NCBI GenBank assembly: GCA_035525285.1
Contig: DATLFB010000033.1
Span: forward strand, 4,365-68,364
Reading direction: 5' to 3'
Source: Thermoanaerobaculia bacterium
GTDB lineage: Bacteria > Acidobacteriota > Thermoanaerobaculia > Gp7-AA8
DNA: 64,000 nt
Shown here: positions 61,862-64,000 of the stretch, one piece after another
Layout: every line of letters starts with the position of its first letter
How positions within the stretch are numbered: position 1 is the first letter of the stretch
Translations under genes and position numbers: made by a program
Notes under the pieces: generated by a model
Told to the model about the DNA's origin: nothing
Seen by the model: only the letters and a program-made list of their open reading frames with translations
Database searches by the model: none

Positions 61862-62611
61862 TCAATCGGCGGTTGCCGAAGAATCGTCGCGGCGCAGGCG
61901 CTCGATGCATCGGCGAAGGTAGACCGAGGTGTGCGGACTGGCGTGAATCTGGACGAGATCGCGGCGCGAGAGATAGCGCAACTGCGAGGCCGCTGCGGCA
62001 CGCGGCGTGAGCGGATTCATGACCAGCGCCTTGCGGATCTCGTATCGATACGACCACTTCGCGTCCCCCGCGATCATGCGCAGCTGATCGACGGTCGCCC
62101 GGCCGGAGTTGACGAGCGCGACGAGGTCTTCCTGGCGCAGGCGCTTGTTCACGAGCAGCGCCTCGAAGATCTTCGGATGCGGATCGGAGAGGAAGACGGT
62201 GATGAGCGCGGGACTGCAGCGCCGTGCGGAAACGACGCGCTCGCCGATGGTGAGCTTCCCGAGGCGCTGCAGAAGCTGGGTGTCGATGGCCCGGCGGATC
62301 GGCGCGGGAACGGTGACGTCGACCGAGAGCCGCAGCAGGTCGAACCAGTAGAGATAGTGAACGAGCCTCGCCGCGTGGGCCTGGGGCGTCTGCCGGTGGG
62401 CGACGAGCTCGAGCCGCACCGAATAGAAGGCCGCGAGCCGCTGCGTCTGGGCGATCTTCGCGAGGATCTGCGGCGTGACGAAGGGGTTGTCGAGAATCGC
62501 CAGCGCTTCCCCTTCGAGAAGGGACGGACCGTGCTCGCCGACGACCAGCGCCAACTGCTCCGCGCTGAATTGCTTCAGCGCACGTTCTTGTATACTCCGA
62601 CCTCTGTCCAT
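61862..62611 (-). CDS. Hypothetical protein
   Basis: 249-aa ORF with plausible coding bias. No recognisable motif. Confidence 0.35.
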   Translation of the reverse strand: MDRGRSIQERALKQFSAEQLALVVGEHGPSLLEGEALAILDNPFVTPQILAKIAQTQRLAAFYSVRLELVAHRQTPQAHAARLVHYLYWFDLLRLSVDVTVPAPIRRAIDTQLLQRLGKLTIGERVVSARRCSPALITVFLSDPHPKIFEALLVNKRLRQEDLVALVNSGRATVDQLRMIAGDAKWSYRYEIRKALVMNPLTPRAAAASQLRYLSRRDLVQIHASPHTSVYLRRCIERLRRDDSSATAD

Positions 62612-62739
62612 CGCTCCGGAGGTAATCGCTGCCCGTGCCCCCTAGCCGTGCGTCCCTCAGCGCCGAGAACAGGATCGTACCCCCCGCGAATCCCACGGAG
62701 CGTCAAAGCGCGGCGCTGGAATCCGTCAATGATCCGGTC

Positions 62740-64000
62740 GTGACCCGCGGCGAGCGCGCGCTCGCGATCCTGACGGTGGCCGGGCTCGTGATCGTACCGA
62801 TGATCTTCCTCACGGGCGTCTACGACTACTTCCGTGTGATCAAGGAGGTGGCGTTCCGCGCGGAGGCGATTCTCGCGGTCTTCCTCCTCGGCGTCGCGGT
62901 CGCGGCCGGCGGTACGGGTCGGCTGCGCGAGCTGCTGCGCGATCGCGCGGTCATGGCCGTCGTGGCTGGCGCATTCCTCTGGAGCGTGATCACGGCGACG
63001 CTCTCGACGAACAAGGTCCAGAGCGCTGAGAGCATGATCACGGTGGCCTGTTCCATCGCGCTGTTCATCGGCGTCTGGTTCGCGTCGAGGAGTATGCCGG
63101 TCGCGGTGCTGCTCGTCCTCGCGCCGGTCGCTCTGGTGAACGCGGTGCTCGTCGCGCTGCAGGAGTACGGAGTGTGGAACCCGTTCCACTTCACGCTCAA
63201 CGAGGCCTCGCGGCACCTGACGGCGACCGGATTCCTCGGCAACCCGAACGACGTCGGCGCGTACTTCGCGCTCAGCATGGTGATGCTGCTGGCCGTCGCG
63301 CCGCATCTCGGCGGATGGCAGCGGTGGGTTGCGTTCGCCGGATCGGCTGCTGCGCTCGCGGGCGTGCTCGTGTCCCAGTCCCGAACCGCAGTGATCGCCG
63401 CCGGCGTGGCGCTCTTCATCTTCGCCATGCGTAAGTCGCTCAAGGCAGGCCTGGCGATTCTCGTTCTCATTTTCGCCGGGCTGATCGCGGCCTCGTTCTT
63501 CCATATCCCGGCGATCACGCGTTTCATCGAGCTGCCGCAGCATGCGGCGCGCGGGGACTGGAATCGCCTGACTTCGCACCGTCTCGTGCCGTTCATCGTG
63601 GCCGTCGAGATGTTTCGCGAGCGTCCGCTCGCCGGATGGGGGCCGGGCACGTTCAAAACGCACTACATGCATCAGCGCCTGGCCGTGGCGGAGAAGTATC
63701 CCGCCGCGTTCCAGCAAGGCGCGACGACGATGTTCGGCGAAACACACAATGATCATCTGCAGCTGCTGGCGGAAGCGGGCATTCCTGCCTGCGCACTGTT
63801 TCTCGCCGCGCTCATCGTGATCGGACACACGCGGCGAAGCGCACGATCGGACGGCGTTCGTGCGATCGCCGGAAATGCTCTCGGCCTGCCGCTCGCGGCG
63901 GCAGTCTTCGTGATTGCCCTGGCGTTTTTCCCTCTTCAGATCGCGTTGACGAGACACCTCCTGCTGACCGCCGCGGCACTGATCGTCGGATGGAGAGCAT
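62740..64000 (+). CDS. O-antigen ligase (Wzy_C) family membrane protein (3' end beyond window)
   Basis: Frame-1 translation: ...LVSQSRTAVIAAGVALFIF...GWGPGTFKTHYMHQR...MFGETHNDHLQLLAEAGIPACALFLAALIV (O-antigen ligase signature H-N-x-Y/H-L-Q...E-x-G). Alternative GTG start at 62635. Not in the ORF track because there is no in-window stop. Confidence 0.6.
   Translation, partial: MTRGERALAILTVAGLVIVPMIFLTGVYDYFRVIKEVAFRAEAILAVFLLGVAVAAGGTGRLRELLRDRAVMAVVAGAFLWSVITATLSTNKVQSAESMITVACSIALFIGVWFASRSMPVAVLLVLAPVALVNAVLVALQEYGVWNPFHFTLNEASRHLTATGFLGNPNDVGAYFALSMVMLLAVAPHLGGWQRWVAFAGSAAALAGVLVSQSRTAVIAAGVALFIFAMRKSLKAGLAILVLIFAGLIAASFFHIPAITRFIELPQHAARGDWNRLTSHRLVPFIVAVEMFRERPLAGWGPGTFKTHYMHQRLAVAEKYPAAFQQGATTMFGETHNDHLQLLAEAGIPACALFLAALIVIGHTRRSARSDGVRAIAGNALGLPLAAAVFVIALAFFPLQIALTRHLLLTAAALIVGWRA

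Noticed and set aside
62575-63957. 460-aa minus-strand ORF
   Set aside because: Antisense to the O-antigen-ligase-family gene (plus strand, frame 1), which shows the Wzy_C signature. Its product is Arg/Glu/His-rich low complexity.

Overview
This is a high-GC (roughly 65-70%) bacterial chromosomal segment, densely coding, with Gram-negative envelope markers (PagL-like lipid A deacylase, RodZ, O-antigen ligase). Most long ORFs on the opposite strand of real genes are GC-driven antisense artefacts. The real content, in order along the window: (1) a partial REC/GGDEF-like regulator, phosphoglucomutase, a thioredoxin-like 2Fe-2S ferredoxin, a PagL-like protein, a dioxygenase-like protein, ftsY, a ClpX-like ATPase, a CheY-like receiver and a VanZ protein; (2) an AddB-like and an AddA-like helicase-nuclease pair; (3) marC, a DAGK-type lipid kinase, arsC and a cupin protein; (4) a small lower-GC accessory islet abutting pdxH, with ParDE and HicAB toxin-antitoxin pairs, a HEPN/DUF4145-like protein, and a 250-bp duplicate of the pdxH 3' end; (5) a NUDIX hydrolase, a DUF420 protein and a Ser/Thr kinase; (6) a ~14-kb respiratory supercluster on the minus strand: Rieske, split cytochrome b, an octahaem cytochrome c, a cupredoxin-like lipoprotein, aa3-type oxidase subunits CoxA/C/IV/B, ctaA, ctaB and SCO1; (7) an MCP-less Che7-like chemosensory cluster (cheA/W/R/B/Y plus HEAT-repeat, GAF, ExeA-like and 4Fe-4S proteins); (8) nusB, ribH, an amidase, gatCA, a GAF/HD-GYP protein, a PP2C phosphatase, a DnaJ/TPR protein, RodZ and a partial O-antigen ligase. 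Two things stand out. First, almost every intergenic gap, and several coding regions in frame, hold a palindromic hairpin. Several sequence families share the same plan: 3-4 tandem copies of a 7-mer, a spacer, then 3-4 copies of its reverse complement (units AAATTGA, GGTAAAA, GAAGGCA, GATGAAC, GCTCTTA, GTGCTGC), and there are four further long-palindrome families. This behaves like a MITE/RPE-like selfish or terminator system. Second, there is an unannotated SelW-like selenoprotein gene with an in-frame TGA (CxxU) overlapping the PP2C stop, missed by ORF calling. No rRNA, tRNA or CRISPR array was found.
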